Assembly (NCBI GenBank): GCA_000002445.1 | Contig: CP000069.1 | Span: 32,001 to 96,000, forward strand | DNA from: Trypanosoma brucei | Taxonomy: Eukaryota | Direction: 5' to 3' | Length of the DNA stretch: 64,000 nucleotides | Shown here: one piece after another, positions 24,901-37,724 of the stretch | Layout: every line of letters begins with the position of its first letter | How positions within the stretch are numbered: position 1 is the first letter of the stretch | Program-made: the position numbers and the translations under genes | The notes under the pieces: generated by a model | What the model saw: the letters and a program-made list of their open reading frames with translations, nothing else | The model's database searches: none | What the model was told of the DNA's origin: nothing

Positions 24901-26953
24901 AAAGGTTCTCCTTGAATCTCACTCTTCCAGTTCGGTTACTCAGAAATGATACGCACCACTTCACAATGTGGGGTGATACCTTCATTTTGTGCATTTCCCT
25001 CGCAATTTTGTCGTGGTCCACTGTATCGAATGCCTTCTCGTAGTCGACAAATACAGCACCTGTACGAGATTGGTGCGTGGGACGGCAGAGGGCAGCGCGG
25101 ACGTGCAGGAGTTGTTCGAGCGTTGAGCATCCGGGGCGAAAGCCTGATTGCTGCGGCGTCAGCTGGGACTCAACAGTGTCTCTAAGCCTCGCGGCAATTA
25201 TGCGCTCCATGACTTTGCAGAGACAGCTCGTGAGCGTCACAGGCCTGTAAGAATCGAGGTCCTCCGCCTTTTTTCCGGCCTTCAGGATGGGGATGATAAC
25301 ACCAGTCTTCCATGCAGACGGCACGGCTCCCGTTCGTAGGCTCTCATTGAATAGCCTCAGAACAACATTCAGCGCTGTTCTACCGAGATGTTGCAGTGCC
25401 TCGTTGTGTAAGCAATCAGGTCCGGCTGCGGATCCACTCGGAAGCAGTTTGATCGATCTCCGTAGTTCAGCCATCGTGATGGGACTGAACTCACTCGCTA
25501 TCGTCTTTATGGGTGCCGGTGGGTGTGCGTCGGGGTGCCTTCTTGCGCGGGACGAGTACAGTTTAATGAACCTCTCAGCTTGACGGTAGTCCGTGATGGC
25601 CGCGTTATCAACAAGTACAGCCGGTGTGGTTAGTGGTCCTGGCGCATATACCTTCTTGACAATGTGCCAACTGCAGCGGTCTGACACCGCAAGTCTGGAG
25701 CATAGCGTGCTCCATCTCTTCTTTGTGGTACGGTCCAGGATCTGCTTACGTGTCACTACCAACTTTTCCCTTCGGTGGGAGGGTCCACATCTAGCGATCT
25801 CTTCATCGAGTTTCGCGGGCTCAGGTGTCCAATGTGGTGGCGTTGCTCTGCAGCCACGGGGGACGGAGACCTTCGTCGCAATGCGGATGGCGGAGCTCAA
25901 TTTCTGTTCCAGGGTGTTGACGTTCTTCTCTCTACCAATTTTCCTGCAGTACTCGTCAACCTTGAGACGGAAATTCCTCCAGGCAGCTTTTAGCCATGCG
26001 TACATGGGCTTTCCAAGCCGCGGGCAGCTCAGTGCATCTGTGCCGTCTCCAACGATAACGTCGAAAAATATGTGATGGTGATCGCTATCGGGAGAATACA
26101 GCGATGTCCACGTGTACACTGTGCAATTCCTTGACAGTGTCACATCAGGGGTGGACTCCCCGTGGTGGCGCGCGTACCTGGTGCACTCACCAGTGTTGCA
26201 GACCAGAAACTGGTTGTCAATGCATCACTGTGTGAGGGTTTCACCCTTGGTATTTGGTGGGCTCGCGCGATCCCATGCCAAAGCGTGTGCGTTAGCGTCT
26301 GCACCGATGAGCTGGGCACCGTCAGTCGTCAGAAGCGTATCTAGGTCAGTTGCCGTGAAGGTGTGTTTTGGTGGGATGTATGCCGACGTGACAGTCAGCG
26401 CCGTTCCACGTGCAAGATGAATTGTTGCATGCACTTGTTCAATGCGACCAACAACGGCCATACCGGTCTCGACTGGTAGGTCCTCCCTCACTAGTATTGA
26501 TACACCACCTCCTTTGCAGTTACGAGCTATTCCGTGATGTTGGTAACCAGCAACGCTAAAGCAAGCCGCCTCTCCAGACGTCATCCTTGTCTCGCTCAAC
26601 AGACAAAAGGCGATCCGCTCATCAACAAGGGTTTTGTGGAGTGCTAATCTCTTTCCTTGAGATAGCCCGGCGCAGTTCCACTGCATCCCGCGCAACGACG
26701 GGCCGGGATTCTCTTCCACATAACCGGACAGCAGCATCTTAGTGCGGATGATACTCCTGATGGCACGCTAGCACGTGCCCAGGGACCGACAAATGAAAAA
26801 CGGTGTCCCAGCAAGACGCTGCTGATCCCTGTGTTGCATGATGCCGTAGCCGGAGCACAGCAGTGTTCCCCATGAAAGGAACGCTACTGACTCTTGGCTT
26901 CCCCCGATGATACGGGTTACTGGACCCTGGCACCACGTTGAGGTGGCCGCCAT
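21980..26953 (-). pseudogene. ingi ORF (endonuclease-RT-zinc-finger polyprotein), disrupted by an in-frame stop in the RIME-derived leader plus two frameshifts.
   Basis: In the leader, the RIME codon CAG (Q) is TAG here (…RSLGTC*). There are frame breaks between 26225/26143 and between 23735/23689. Motifs present: MQWNCAGLSQGKRLALHK, LQHGFFADDLTLLARH, and C2H2 fingers (CTLCASKFAVSGRLLHHLRTIHG, CDLCEASFGTRSSLSLHKKFKH). Confidence 0.85.
26699..26737 (-). other. 2A-like ribosome-skipping peptide coding segment at the start of the ingi-1 main ORF (MLLSGYVEENPGP).
   Basis: The motif ExNPGP is the hallmark of 2A/2A-like StopGo peptides and has been reported in trypanosome non-LTR elements. Here the canonical D before VEENPGP is Y. 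Confidence 0.6.
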
Positions 26954-27023
26954 CGCCAGGGACAAAGAAATATAGCCGCCCTCACCAAGGAAATAATGAG
27001 CGACGGTACGTAACTTGTACTAT

Positions 27024-30000
27024 TACACACAATAATGTGCACTTCGTTCCATTATACGCAATAACGTGCATTTATACGCAATAATGTGCATTTATACGCA
27101 GTAATGTGCATTTATACGCAATAATGTGCATTTATACGCAATAATGTGCAATTTGTGCAATTATACGCAATAATGTGAAATTTGTTTAATTATATGCAAT
27201 AACGTGCAATTTGTGCAATTATACGCAATAACGTGCAATTTGTTTAATTATATGCAATAATGTGCAATAATGTGCAATTTGTTTAATTATACGCAATAAT
27301 GTGCAATTTGTGCAATTATACGCAATAATGTGCACTTTCTTTAATTATATGCAATAACGTGCAATTTGTGCAATTATACGCAATAACGTGCAATTTGTTT
27401 AATTATATGCAATAATGTGCACTTTGTGCCATTATACGCAATAATGTGCATTTATACGCAATAATGTGCACTTTGTGCAATTATACGCAATAACGTGCAA
27501 TTTGTTTAATTATACGCAATAATGTGCATTTATACGCAATAATGCGCACTTTGTTTAATTATATGCAATAATGTGCACTTTGTGCCATTATACGCAATAA
27601 TGTGCATTTATACGCAATAATGTGCAATTTGTGCAATTATACGCAATAACGTGCAATTTGTTTAATTATATGCAATAATGTGCAATTTGTGCAATTATAC
27701 GCAATAATGTGCATTTATACGCAATAATGTGCAATTTGTGCAATTATACGCAATAACGTGCAATTTGTTTAATTATATGCAATAATGTGCAATTTGTGCC
27801 ATTATACGCAATAATGTGCATTTATACGCAATAATGTGCAATTTGTGCCATTATACGCAATAATGCGCACTTTGTTTAATTATATGCAATAATGTGCAAT
27901 TTGTGCAATTATACGCAATAATGTGCATTTATACGCAATAATGTGCACTTTGTGCAATTATACGCAATAATGTGCATTTATACGCAATAATGTGCACTTT
28001 GTGCCATTATACGCAATAATGTGCATTTATACGCAATAATGCGCACTTTGTTTAATTATATGCAATAATGTGCAATTTGTGCAATTATGCGCAATAACGT
28101 GCAATTTGTGCAATTATACGCAATAACGTGCATTTATACGCAATAATGTGCACTTTGTGCCATTATACGCAATAATGTGCATTTATACGCAATAATGCGC
28201 ACTTTGTTTAATTATACGCAATAATGTGCATTTATACGCAATTATGTGCATTTATACGCAATAATGTGCACTTTGTTTAATTATATGCAATAACGTGCAA
28301 TTTGTGCAATTATACGCAATAATGTGCACTTTGTTTAATTATACGCAATAATGTGCATTTATACGCAATAATGTGCACTTTGTTTAATTATACGCAATTA
28401 TGTGCATTTATACGCAATAATGTGCATTTATACGCAATAATGCGCACTTTGTTTAATTATATGCAATAACGTGCAATTTGTGCAATTATACGCAATAACG
28501 TGCAATTTGTTTAATTATACGCAATAACGTGCAATTTGTGCAATTATACGCAATAACGTGCAATTTGTGCAATTATACGCAATAACGTGCAATTTGTTTA
28601 ATTATATGCAATAATGTGCAATTTGTGCAATTATACGCAATAATGTGCATTTATACGCAATAATGTGCAATTTGTGCAATTATACGCAATAACGTGCAAT
28701 TTGTTTAATTATATGCAATAATGTGCAATTTGTGCCATTATACGCAATAATGTGCATTTATACGCAATAATGTGCAATTTGTGCCATTATACGCAATAAT
28801 GCGCACTTTGTTTAATTATATGCAATAATGTGCAATTTGTGCAATTATACGCAATAATGTGCATTTATACGCAATAATGTGCACTTTGTGCAATTATACG
28901 CAATAATGTGCATTTATACGCAATAATGTGCACTTTGTGCCATTATACGCAATAATGTGCATTTATACGCAATAATGCGCACTTTGTTTAATTATATGCA
29001 ATAATGTGCAATTTGTGCAATTATGCGCAATAACGTGCAATTTGTGCCATTATACGCAATAATGTGCATTTATACGCAATAATGCGCACTTTGTTTAATT
29101 ATACGCAATAATGTGCATTTATACGCAATAATGTGCACTTTGTTTAATTATATGCAATAACGTGCAATTTGTGCAATTATACGCAATAATGTGCACTTTG
29201 TTTAATTATACGCAATAATGTGCATTTATACGCAATAATGTGCACTTTGTTTAATTATACGCAATTATGTGCATTTATACGCAATAATGTGCATTTATAC
29301 GCAATAATGCGCACTTTGTTTAATTATATGCAATAACGTGCAATTTGTGCAATTATACGCAATAACGTGCAATTTGTTTAATTATACGCAATAACGTGCA
29401 ATTTGTGCAATTATACGCAATAACGTGCAATTTGTGCAATTATACGCAATAACGTGCAATTTGTTTAATTATATGCAATAATGTGCACTTTGTGCCATTA
29501 TACGCAATAATGTGCATTTATACGCAATAATGTGCACTTTGTGCAATTATACGCAATAACGTGCAATTTGTTTAATTATACGCAATAATGTGCAATTATA
29601 CGCAATAACGTGCAATTTGTTTAATTATACGCAATAACGTGCAATTTGTGCAATTATACGCAATAACGTGCAAATTGTGCAATTATACGCAATAACGTGC
29701 AATTTGTGCAATTATACGCAATAACGTGCAATTTGTTTAATTATACGCAATAATGTGCATTTATACGCAATAATGTGCAATTTGTGCAATTATACGCAAT
29801 AATGTGCAATTTGTTTAATTATATGCAATAACGTGCAATTTGTGCAATTATACGCAATAACGTGCAATTTGTTTAATTATATGCAATAATGTGCAATAAT
29901 GTGCAATTTGTTTAATTATACGCAATAATGTGCAATTTGTGCAATTATACGCAATAACGTGCAATTTGTTTAATTATATGCAATAATGTGCAATAATGTG

Positions 30001-30056
30001 CAATTTGTTTAATTATACGCAATAATGTGCACTTTGTTTAATTATACGCAATAATG
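27024..30056. repeat. AT-rich satellite, block 1. The units are a 20-bp unit TATACGCAATAATGTGCATT and 29-bp variants TATACGCAATAA(T/C)GTGCAATTTGTGCAAT and TATATGCAATAA(C/T)GTGCAATTTGTTTAAT. They are arranged in irregular higher-order repeats.
   Basis: Direct inspection shows ~3 kb of head-to-tail units of ~30% GC with point variants. There is no ORF signal. It starts ~60 bp after the ingi-1 5' TSD. Confidence 0.9.
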
Positions 30057-30330
30057 TTCATTTTGTGTATGAAAATACAAAACAAGAAAAATAAGCGGGG
30101 CAACGTTGTAATGGAAGCTGTATCTTGCTGTCGAAGACTTAGAAATATATTTACCATAATGCGATGATGGCAACTCGTTTGGAGAGGGAAAAACAGTACG
30201 TAAGCTGGTTTCATTATAAAATTTATGAAGTTGATCGGGGGATGAAGTATTAGAAGGTGCTTAGTTTTCTCCGCTCCCTTATCGATCGATATTTAGGAGT
30301 GAAGTCGCATTTTAATATGCTGCGGGTGGT
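30057..30330 (+). repeat. Unique ~275-bp array-edge segment, copy 1. It is duplicated at 32421-32700 and is followed directly by the N gap.
   Basis: 30057-30330 and 32421-32695 are essentially identical (ttcattttgtgtatgaaaatacaaaacaag … ctgcgggtggt). Confidence 0.85.
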
Positions 30331-30390
30331 NNNNNNNNNNNNNNNNNNNNNNNNNNNNNNNNNNNNNNNNNNNNNNNNNNNNNNNNNNNN
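30331..30390. other. Assembly/scaffold gap of 60 N.
   Basis: A literal run of n. The flanking sequence changes abruptly from the unique edge segment to satellite. Confidence 0.99.
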
Positions 30391-32420
30391 TTGTGCAATT
30401 ATACGCAATAATGTGCATTTATACGCAATAATGTGCACTTTGTGCCATTATACGCAATAATGTGCATTTATACGCAATAATGCGCACTTTGTTTAATTAT
30501 ATGCAATAATGTGCAATTTGTGCAATTATGCGCAATAACGTGCAATTTGTGCAATTATACGCAATAACGTGCATTTATACGCAATAATGTGCACTTTGTG
30601 CCATTATACGCAATAATGTGCATTTATACGCAATAATGCGCACTTTGTTTAATTATACGCAATAATGTGCATTTATACGCAATAATGCGCACTTTGTTTA
30701 ATTATATGCAATAACGTGCAATTTGTTTAATTATATGCAATAATGTGCGCTTTGTTTAATTATATGCAATAATGTGCACTTTGTTTAATTATACGCAATA
30801 ATGTGCACTTTGTTTAATTATATGCAATAATGTGCGCTTTGTTTAATTATATGCAATAATGTGCACTTTGTTTAATTATACGCAATAATGTGCATTTATA
30901 CGCAATAATGTGCAATTTGTGCAATTATACGCAATAACGTGCAATTTGTTTAATTATACGCAATTATGTGCATTTATACGCAATAATGTGCATTTATACG
31001 CAATAATGTGCACTTTGTGCCATTATACGCAATAATGTGCACTTTGTTTAATTATATGCAATAACGTGCAATTTGTGCAATTATACGCAATAACGTGCAT
31101 TTATACGCAATAATGTGCATTTATACGCAATAATGTGCACTTTGTTTAATTATATGCAATAACGTGCAATTTGTGCAATTATACGCAATAATGTGCACTT
31201 TGTTTAATTATACGCAATAATGTGCATTTATACGCAATAATGTGCAATTTGTTTAATTATACGCAATAATGTGCAATTTGTTTAATTATACGCAATAATG
31301 TGCAATTTGTTTAATTATACGCAATAATGTGCATTTATACGCAATAATGCGCACTTTGTTTAATTATATGCAATAACGTGCAATTTGTGCATTTATACGC
31401 AATAATGTGCAATTTGTTTAATTATACGCAATAATGTGCAATTTGTTTAATTATACGCAATAATGTGCATTTTGTTTAATTATACGTAATAATGTGCAAT
31501 TTGTTTGATTATGCGCAATAACGTGCAATTTGTTTAATTATACGCAATAATGTGCAATTTGTGCAATTATACGCAATAATGTGCATTTATACGCAATAAT
31601 GTGCACTTTGTTTGATTATGCGCAATTATGTGCATTTATACGCAATAATGTGCACTTTGTTTGATTATGCGCAATAATGTGCATTTTGTTTAATTATACG
31701 TAATAATGTGCAATTTGTTTGATTATGCGCAATAACGTGCAATTTGTTTAATTATGCGCAATAATGTGCAATTTGTGCAATTATGCGCAATTATGTGCAT
31801 TTATACTCAATAATGTGCACTTTGTTTGATTATGCGCAATTATGTGCATTTATACGCAATAATGTGCACTTTGTTTGATTATGCGCAATAACGTGCAATT
31901 TGTGCAATTATACGCAATAACGTGCAATTTGTGCAATTATACGCAATAACGTGCAATTTGTGCAATTATACGCAATAATGTGCAATTATACGCAATAACG
32001 TGCATTTATACGCAATAATGTGCACTTTGTGCCATTATACGCAATAATGTGCAAATTGTTTAATTATACGCAATTATGTGCATTTATACGCAATAATGTG
32101 CCATTATACGCAATAATGTGCAATTTGTTTAATTATACGCAATTATGTGCATTTATATGCAATGTGTGCATTTATACGCAATAATGTGCATTTATACGCA
32201 ATAATGTGCAATTTGTTTAATTATACGCAATTATGTGCATTTATACGCAATAATGTGCATTTATACGCAATAATGTGCACTTTGTGCCATTATACGCAAA
32301 AATGCGCACTTTGTTTAATTATATGCAATAATGTGCAATTTGTGCAATTATACGCAATAACGTGCAATTTGTTTAATTATACGCAATAATGTGCAATTTG
32401 TTTAATTATACGCAATAATG
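30391..32420. repeat. AT-rich satellite, block 2 (same 20/29-bp family).
   Basis: Same unit family as 27024-30056. It ends in the unique edge segment 32421-32700, which abuts ingi copy 2. Confidence 0.9.
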
Positions 32421-32700
32421 TTCATTTTGTGTATGAAAATACAAAACAAGAAAAATAAGCGGGGCAACGTTGTAATGGAAGCTGTATCTTGCTGTCGAAG
32501 ACTTAGAAATATATTTACCATAATGCGATGATGGCAACTCGTTTGGAGAGGGAAAAACAGTACGTAAGCTGGTTTCATTATAAAATTTATGAAGTTGATC
32601 GGGGGATGAAGTATTAGAAGGTGCTTAGTTTTCTCCGCTCCCTTATCGATCGATATTTAGGAGTGAAGTCGCATTTTAATATGCTGCGGGTGGTCGAATA
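32421..32700 (+). repeat. Unique array-edge segment, copy 2.
   Basis: Identical to 30057-30330. It continues for a further ~40 bp (32701-32740) before the ingi-2 poly(A). Confidence 0.85.
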
Positions 32701-32740
32701 ACCCCCCTCCGGTATAATAGCACTACTTGAAAGAAAATGA

Positions 32741-35700
32741 TTTTTTTTTTTGGAATTTTCTTCGTGCCTTCGTGAGAGTTTCCCCCCACTGGCGCGGGCA
32801 TCAGCCATCACCGTATAGCCCTGAGATGCTATCGGTCTGGCGACTGTGGCAGAGTCTCCCTTTTTTATTAGGCCTAACACACTCTCTATAATTTTTGTTG
32901 TAGCTCCACAGTTAAACGGAATACAGCAGATGGGGCGAGAAGCCTCCCACCCTGGACTCTCCCAGAGATGTCAATTAGCAATCCTTTTGTTTTGATTTTT
33001 GTTATTCGTTTATTATTCTCTCTCCCTCTTTCTGTTTCTGTTGCTTGTTGACTGCATACCCCCTGTCTTTGAGGGTGTCTGGACTATTCCTGCGTCCGGT
33101 GCTTTTCCTGCTAGCTCCACACTCGGCAATAAGGGGGGAAGTTGTAGAAGGGAGAGTGGGTTGTATGACTGTTACATTAGGTGAGGACTTCACCTGCGGC
33201 CGGCTCCGTTCAACCGCAATGAGAAACTGCGCCAGACTTTTAGAGAAACATATATCCTGCACACACTCACCTTCCACCGCAAACCTGACACGTAACTCCT
33301 TCAAACCGGGACAGCTCATCAAGTGCAGCGACGTTTCTTCGCAGTCGCCGCGTTGGCTGGTAACAGCGCGCTCTACCTTCATACCGTGCATCTTCTTTTG
33401 ATGTAGGGTGAGGCCAGTTTTGCTAGCACACTGCCTTCCGCATGTCGGGCACACCAACATGGATGTGTTTGTATGCGGGGAATCAGTGGCACACAATTTT
33501 GTGCTTTTGCTGCATTCAAGCTCGACTCCCTCACCTTTTTGGAAAGCCTTACAATGTCGGATGAGGGAGTCCCTGCAACTGAGCACTTTTTGGCACACAC
33601 CACACTGCACCTCGCCTTTCCCCGGGACGTCAACGTTTCCCTCACGGGCACGCTTACGAGGGAATTGCACCACCACCACGGTACCGTCCTCCGTCACTAT
33701 GCTCTTATGTTTGAATTTCTTGTGTAGTGACAGGGAAGAGCGTGTACCGAAGCTCGCCTCACACAGGTCACATTGAAACGGCAGCTTCCGTGTATCCTGA
33801 GAGGCTGGCGCTGCTGGGGCTTTACCATCTCCTTGCACTGAGTCCTCGTTCTCTCGCCCCCTTTTCACGCGGCAACTACCGCTACCTATGCCATGTATTG
33901 TTCTAAGGTGGTGTAATAGTCGGCCTGGCACTGCGAATTTGGAGGCACAGAGGGTACAATGAAGCACCTGCGGTCTCATCGGGACTCGTGTGCTCGATGG
34001 TAGAGGAACGATCGCCACCACTGGAGGGGGCTCCGGGGGGATATCCACTGCAGGTGTTGCATCGCCGTATTTGATCCTCCGGAGGGCATCAGCTCGCACA
34101 AAGCCATGTTTGTTTACCATATGCGTTACAGCACTCGAGCGGCATTGGTATGTGGCATCACATTCCGTACATTTGGTCGGTTCGGAGGTTCTCTGAACAG
34201 TGCGTGTCGCAACAGTTGGGACTGTTTGTATTGTTGGTCCTATCGCTGCATGTTGCGGGTTACACCATCGGCACTGTGGAGGCACGCTACACGCGGGTTG
34301 ATCTTTCGCAACATCCATCCATAGTGTCTTGAAGACCCAACCCGAAAGCGTGCCAGTGCCGTTTCTTGTTCCCTCGTCAGTTCTTCTTTATGTTTTGTTG
34401 GAAAGTGGTTGCCCGTGATACCAAACCTATGAGTGTTCTCATGGACTTCTTCCGACCTAAGCACTCGCTTCGCATAAGCAATGATGTCGGGGATCCATGC
34501 GTCTCGCAACTGTGGTAAATCTGCGGCCTTTTTGGCCATTTCATCACAAACCTCATTCCGTTTCACGCCACAATGGCCAAACACAAATTGCAGTCGGATA
34601 CGCAACTTCCTTCTCTGAACGTGAAGCAGAAGCCTCCATAGTCGTCTCAGAATTGGGTCCGTTACGGCTAGGGGGCCTGTCTGCAGTGCTGTTAACATTG
34701 ACAGCGAGTCAGAGAAGATGGACAACCTGCTCGGTGTGCTTCTGTATGCCGGAAGCCATTTCAGCAGCCGTTGCAGTCCTATCTCTAATGCTACGCATTC
34801 CGCTCTGTAACCGCATGAGAGTCCCCCTTCTCCGGTCTTGGGTGCACAAATCAGCGTGTTGTTTCTATAGAGCAGGGCAGCTGCTCCGGACTTATCACCG
34901 AGGGACACGGATCCATCAGTCCACAATTCGTGGTGCTCTCGTCGCGGTGGCTCCTTCCCCCTCCGTGCAAAATGCCGTTCAATCCACTTTTCGGAAGCCT
35001 CCATTTTAACATCGTCGGGGTCATCAGCGCACACAGGCTTTATCTGCATGTGAAATATCGGTCGGCAGCTGTGGCGGAGCGTCGATGTCTCTAGTGGGTG
35101 CTCGTGTGGCTCAATGCGGAGGTGGGGATAGGACCGCATGATGCGGGAATGTAGGGCTCTGACTGGGTGTTTGCTGTGGTATACTTCTTCAGCACTGCGC
35201 CGCAAACATCCGCCTCGTGACTCACACATCAGCATGAATTTCATGCTGCGCACAAGAGTGGTCGTCTTGAGTGGCAGGAGGTTTGCTTCCAGCAGAGAGT
35301 CCTCTTTGCGCGTCCCATGCGGTATGCCAGCTATGATGCGACTGGCTTTGTGTTGTGCTGATGCAAGGAGGTCGCGACTTCGTTCCGAAGCGTCCCAGTA
35401 CCATACCTCAATGCCATACATGGTGTGTGCCTGTACGAGTGCTAGATAAAAAGCTCTCAGTACTTGTCGTCTTGGCCCCCATGTAGAAACTGAGATGGCT
35501 GCTATCTGCAGTAGTCGGAAGTCCATCTTGCGTCTCGTTTCGGTCGCATGTGTTGCCATCCCCTGCAGACACTGGAATGTTACTCCTAGAAGCTTTGGTG
35601 TCCTGTCAGCTCCTATTCTTTCGCTGTCCAGTTGCAATGTAAGGGGGTGGCGCTCTATACACCCGAAGAGTGTGCACTTTGTTTTCGCTACGTTGACAGA

Positions 35701-37724
35701 CATGAAGTACTCTTTTGACCACTGTAACACCACGTTTAGACCGCATTGTAGTGTGTGGTTGATGACATCCCTCTCTGTGTGCCTCGCAAGCATCGTCAGG
35801 TCGTCTGCAAAGAATCCGTGCTGCAGTAACGGCACTTCTGCAAGGCATTGGCTCAACGAGTTCATGACAATAATGAACATGATTGGGCCAAGGACAGTTC
35901 CTTGTGGCACTCCTCGCTCAAATGTTCTGCTTCTGGAGAGCTTCTCCTTGAATCTCACTCTGCCAGTTCGTTTACTCAGAAATGATACGCACCACTTCAC
36001 AATGTGGGGTGATACCTTCATTCTGTGCATTTCCCTCGCAATTTTGTCGTGGTCTACTGTATCAAATGCCTTCTCGTAGTCAACGAATACAGCGCCCGTA
36101 CGATATTGGTGCGTGGGACGGCAGAGGGCAGCGCGGACGTGCAGGAGTTGTTCGAGCGTTGAGCATCCGGGGCGAAAGCCTGATTGCTGCGGCGTCAGCT
36201 GGGACTCAACAGTGTCTCTAAGTCTCGCGGCAATTATGCGCTCCATGACTTTGCAGAGACAGCTTGTGAGCGTCACAGGCCTGTAAGAATCGAGGTCCTC
36301 CGCCTTTTTTCCGGCCTTCAGGATGGGGATGATAACACCAGTCTTCCATGCAGGCGGCACGACTCCCGTTCGTAGGCTCTCATTGAATAGCCTCAGAACA
36401 ACATTCAGCGCTGTTCTGCCGAGATGTTGCAGTGCCTCGTTGTATAAGCAATCAGGTCCGGCTGCGGATCCACTCGGTAGCAGCTTGATCGATCTCCGTA
36501 GTTCAGCCATCGTGATGGGACTGAACTCACTCGCTATCGTCTTTATGGGTGCCGGTGGGTGTGAGTCGGGGTGCCTTCTTGCGCGGGACGAGTACAGTTT
36601 AATGAACCTCTCAGCTTGACGGCAGTCCGTGATGGCCGCGTTATCAACAAGTACGGCCGGTGTGGTTAGTGGTCGTGGCGCATATACCTTCTTGACAATG
36701 TGCCAACTGCAGCGGTCTGACACCGCAAGTCTGGAGCATAGCGTGCTCCATTTCTTCTTTGTGGTACGGTCCAGGATCTGCTTACGCGTGGCTACCAACT
36801 TTTCCCTTCGGTGGGAGGGTCCGCATCCAGCGATCTCTTCATCGAGTTTCGCGAGCGCAGGTGTCCAATGTGGTGGCGTTGCTCTGCAGCCACGGGGGAC
36901 GGAGACCTTCGTCGCAATGCGGATGGCGGGGCTCAATTTCTGTTCCAGGGTGTTGACGTTCTTCTCTCTACCAATTTTCCTGCAGAACTCGTCAACCTTG
37001 AGACGGAAATTCCTCCAGTCAGCTTTTAGCCATGCGTACATGGGCTTTCGAAGCCGCAGGCAACTCAGTGCACCTGTGGCCTCTCCAACGATAACGTCGA
37101 AAAATATGTGATGGTGATCGCTATTGGGAGAATACAGCGATGTCCACGTGTACACTGTGCAATTCCTTGACAGTGTCACATCAGGGGTGGACTCCCCGAG
37201 GTGGCGCGCGTACCTGGTGCACTCACCAGTGTTACATACCAGAAACTGGTTGTCAATGCACCACTGTGTGAGGGTTTCACCCTTGGTATTTGGTGGGCTC
37301 GCGCGATCCCATGCCAACGCGTGTGCGTTAGCGTCTGCACCGATGAGCTGGGCACCGTCAGTCGTCAGAAGCGTATCTAGGTCACTTGTCGTGAAGGTGT
37401 GTTTTGGTGGGATGTATGCCGACGTGACAGTCAGCGCCGTTCCACGTGCAAGATGAATTGTTGCATGCGCTTGTTCAATTCCCCCAACAACGGCCATACC
37501 GGTATCGACTGGTAGGTCCTCCCTCACTAGTATTGATACACCACCTCCTTTGCAGTTACGAGCTATTCCGTGAGGTTGGTAGCCAGCAACGCTAAAGCAA
37601 GCCGCCTCTCCAGGCGTCATCCTTGTCTCGCTCAACAGACAAAAGGCGATCCGCTCATCAACAAGGGTTTTGTGGAGTGCTAATCTCTTTCCTTGAGATA
37701 GCCCGGCGCAGTTCCACTGCTCCA
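32741..37724 (-). mobile_element. ingi retrotransposon, copy 2. It is 5'-truncated (~4.98 kb): it lacks the ~270-bp RIME-type 5' leader and 2A region but has a normal 3' end with a poly(A) tail.
   Basis: The 3' end is GGGGGGAAACTCTCACGAAGGCACGAAGAAAATTCC + A11 (T-run 32741-32751 on the plus strand). Homology to copy 1 is lost at 37724. No recognisable TSD was found. Confidence 0.85.
33002..37724 (-). pseudogene. ingi ORF, copy 2. It has a long 1161-aa segment (endonuclease+RT+RNase-H region) and a 438-aa zinc-finger C-terminus in another frame. This indicates one frameshift and an N-terminal truncation.
   Basis: ORFs 34240..37725(-) and 33002..34318(-) overlap by ~80 nt in different frames. 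The translations are ~95% identical to the copy-1 pieces. Confidence 0.8.

Larger units (their letters stand above)
21707..26961 (-). mobile_element. ingi non-LTR retrotransposon, copy 1. It is full length (~5.25 kb) with a poly(A) tail and 12-bp TSDs, but the coding sequence is pseudogenised.
   Basis: The minus-strand 5' end CCCTGGCGATGG and the 3' end + A11-12 match the RIME termini. The TSDs are acaaagaactat (21695-21706) and acaaagaaatat (26962-26973), 11/12 identical. The ORF pieces are 26737-26225 (APE-like endonuclease N-terminus), 26143-23735 (reverse transcriptase, FADD motif) and 23689-21980 (C-terminal C2H2 zinc fingers). Confidence 0.9.

Noticed and set aside
30250-30460. ORFs 30250..30438(-) and 30257..30460(+) containing X residues.
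   Set aside because: They span the N-run scaffold gap and are artefactual.
27024-32420. The tandem array considered as a CRISPR-like repeat/spacer structure.
   Set aside because: This is a eukaryotic genome. The units are contiguous, with no unique spacers, and form a simple satellite.
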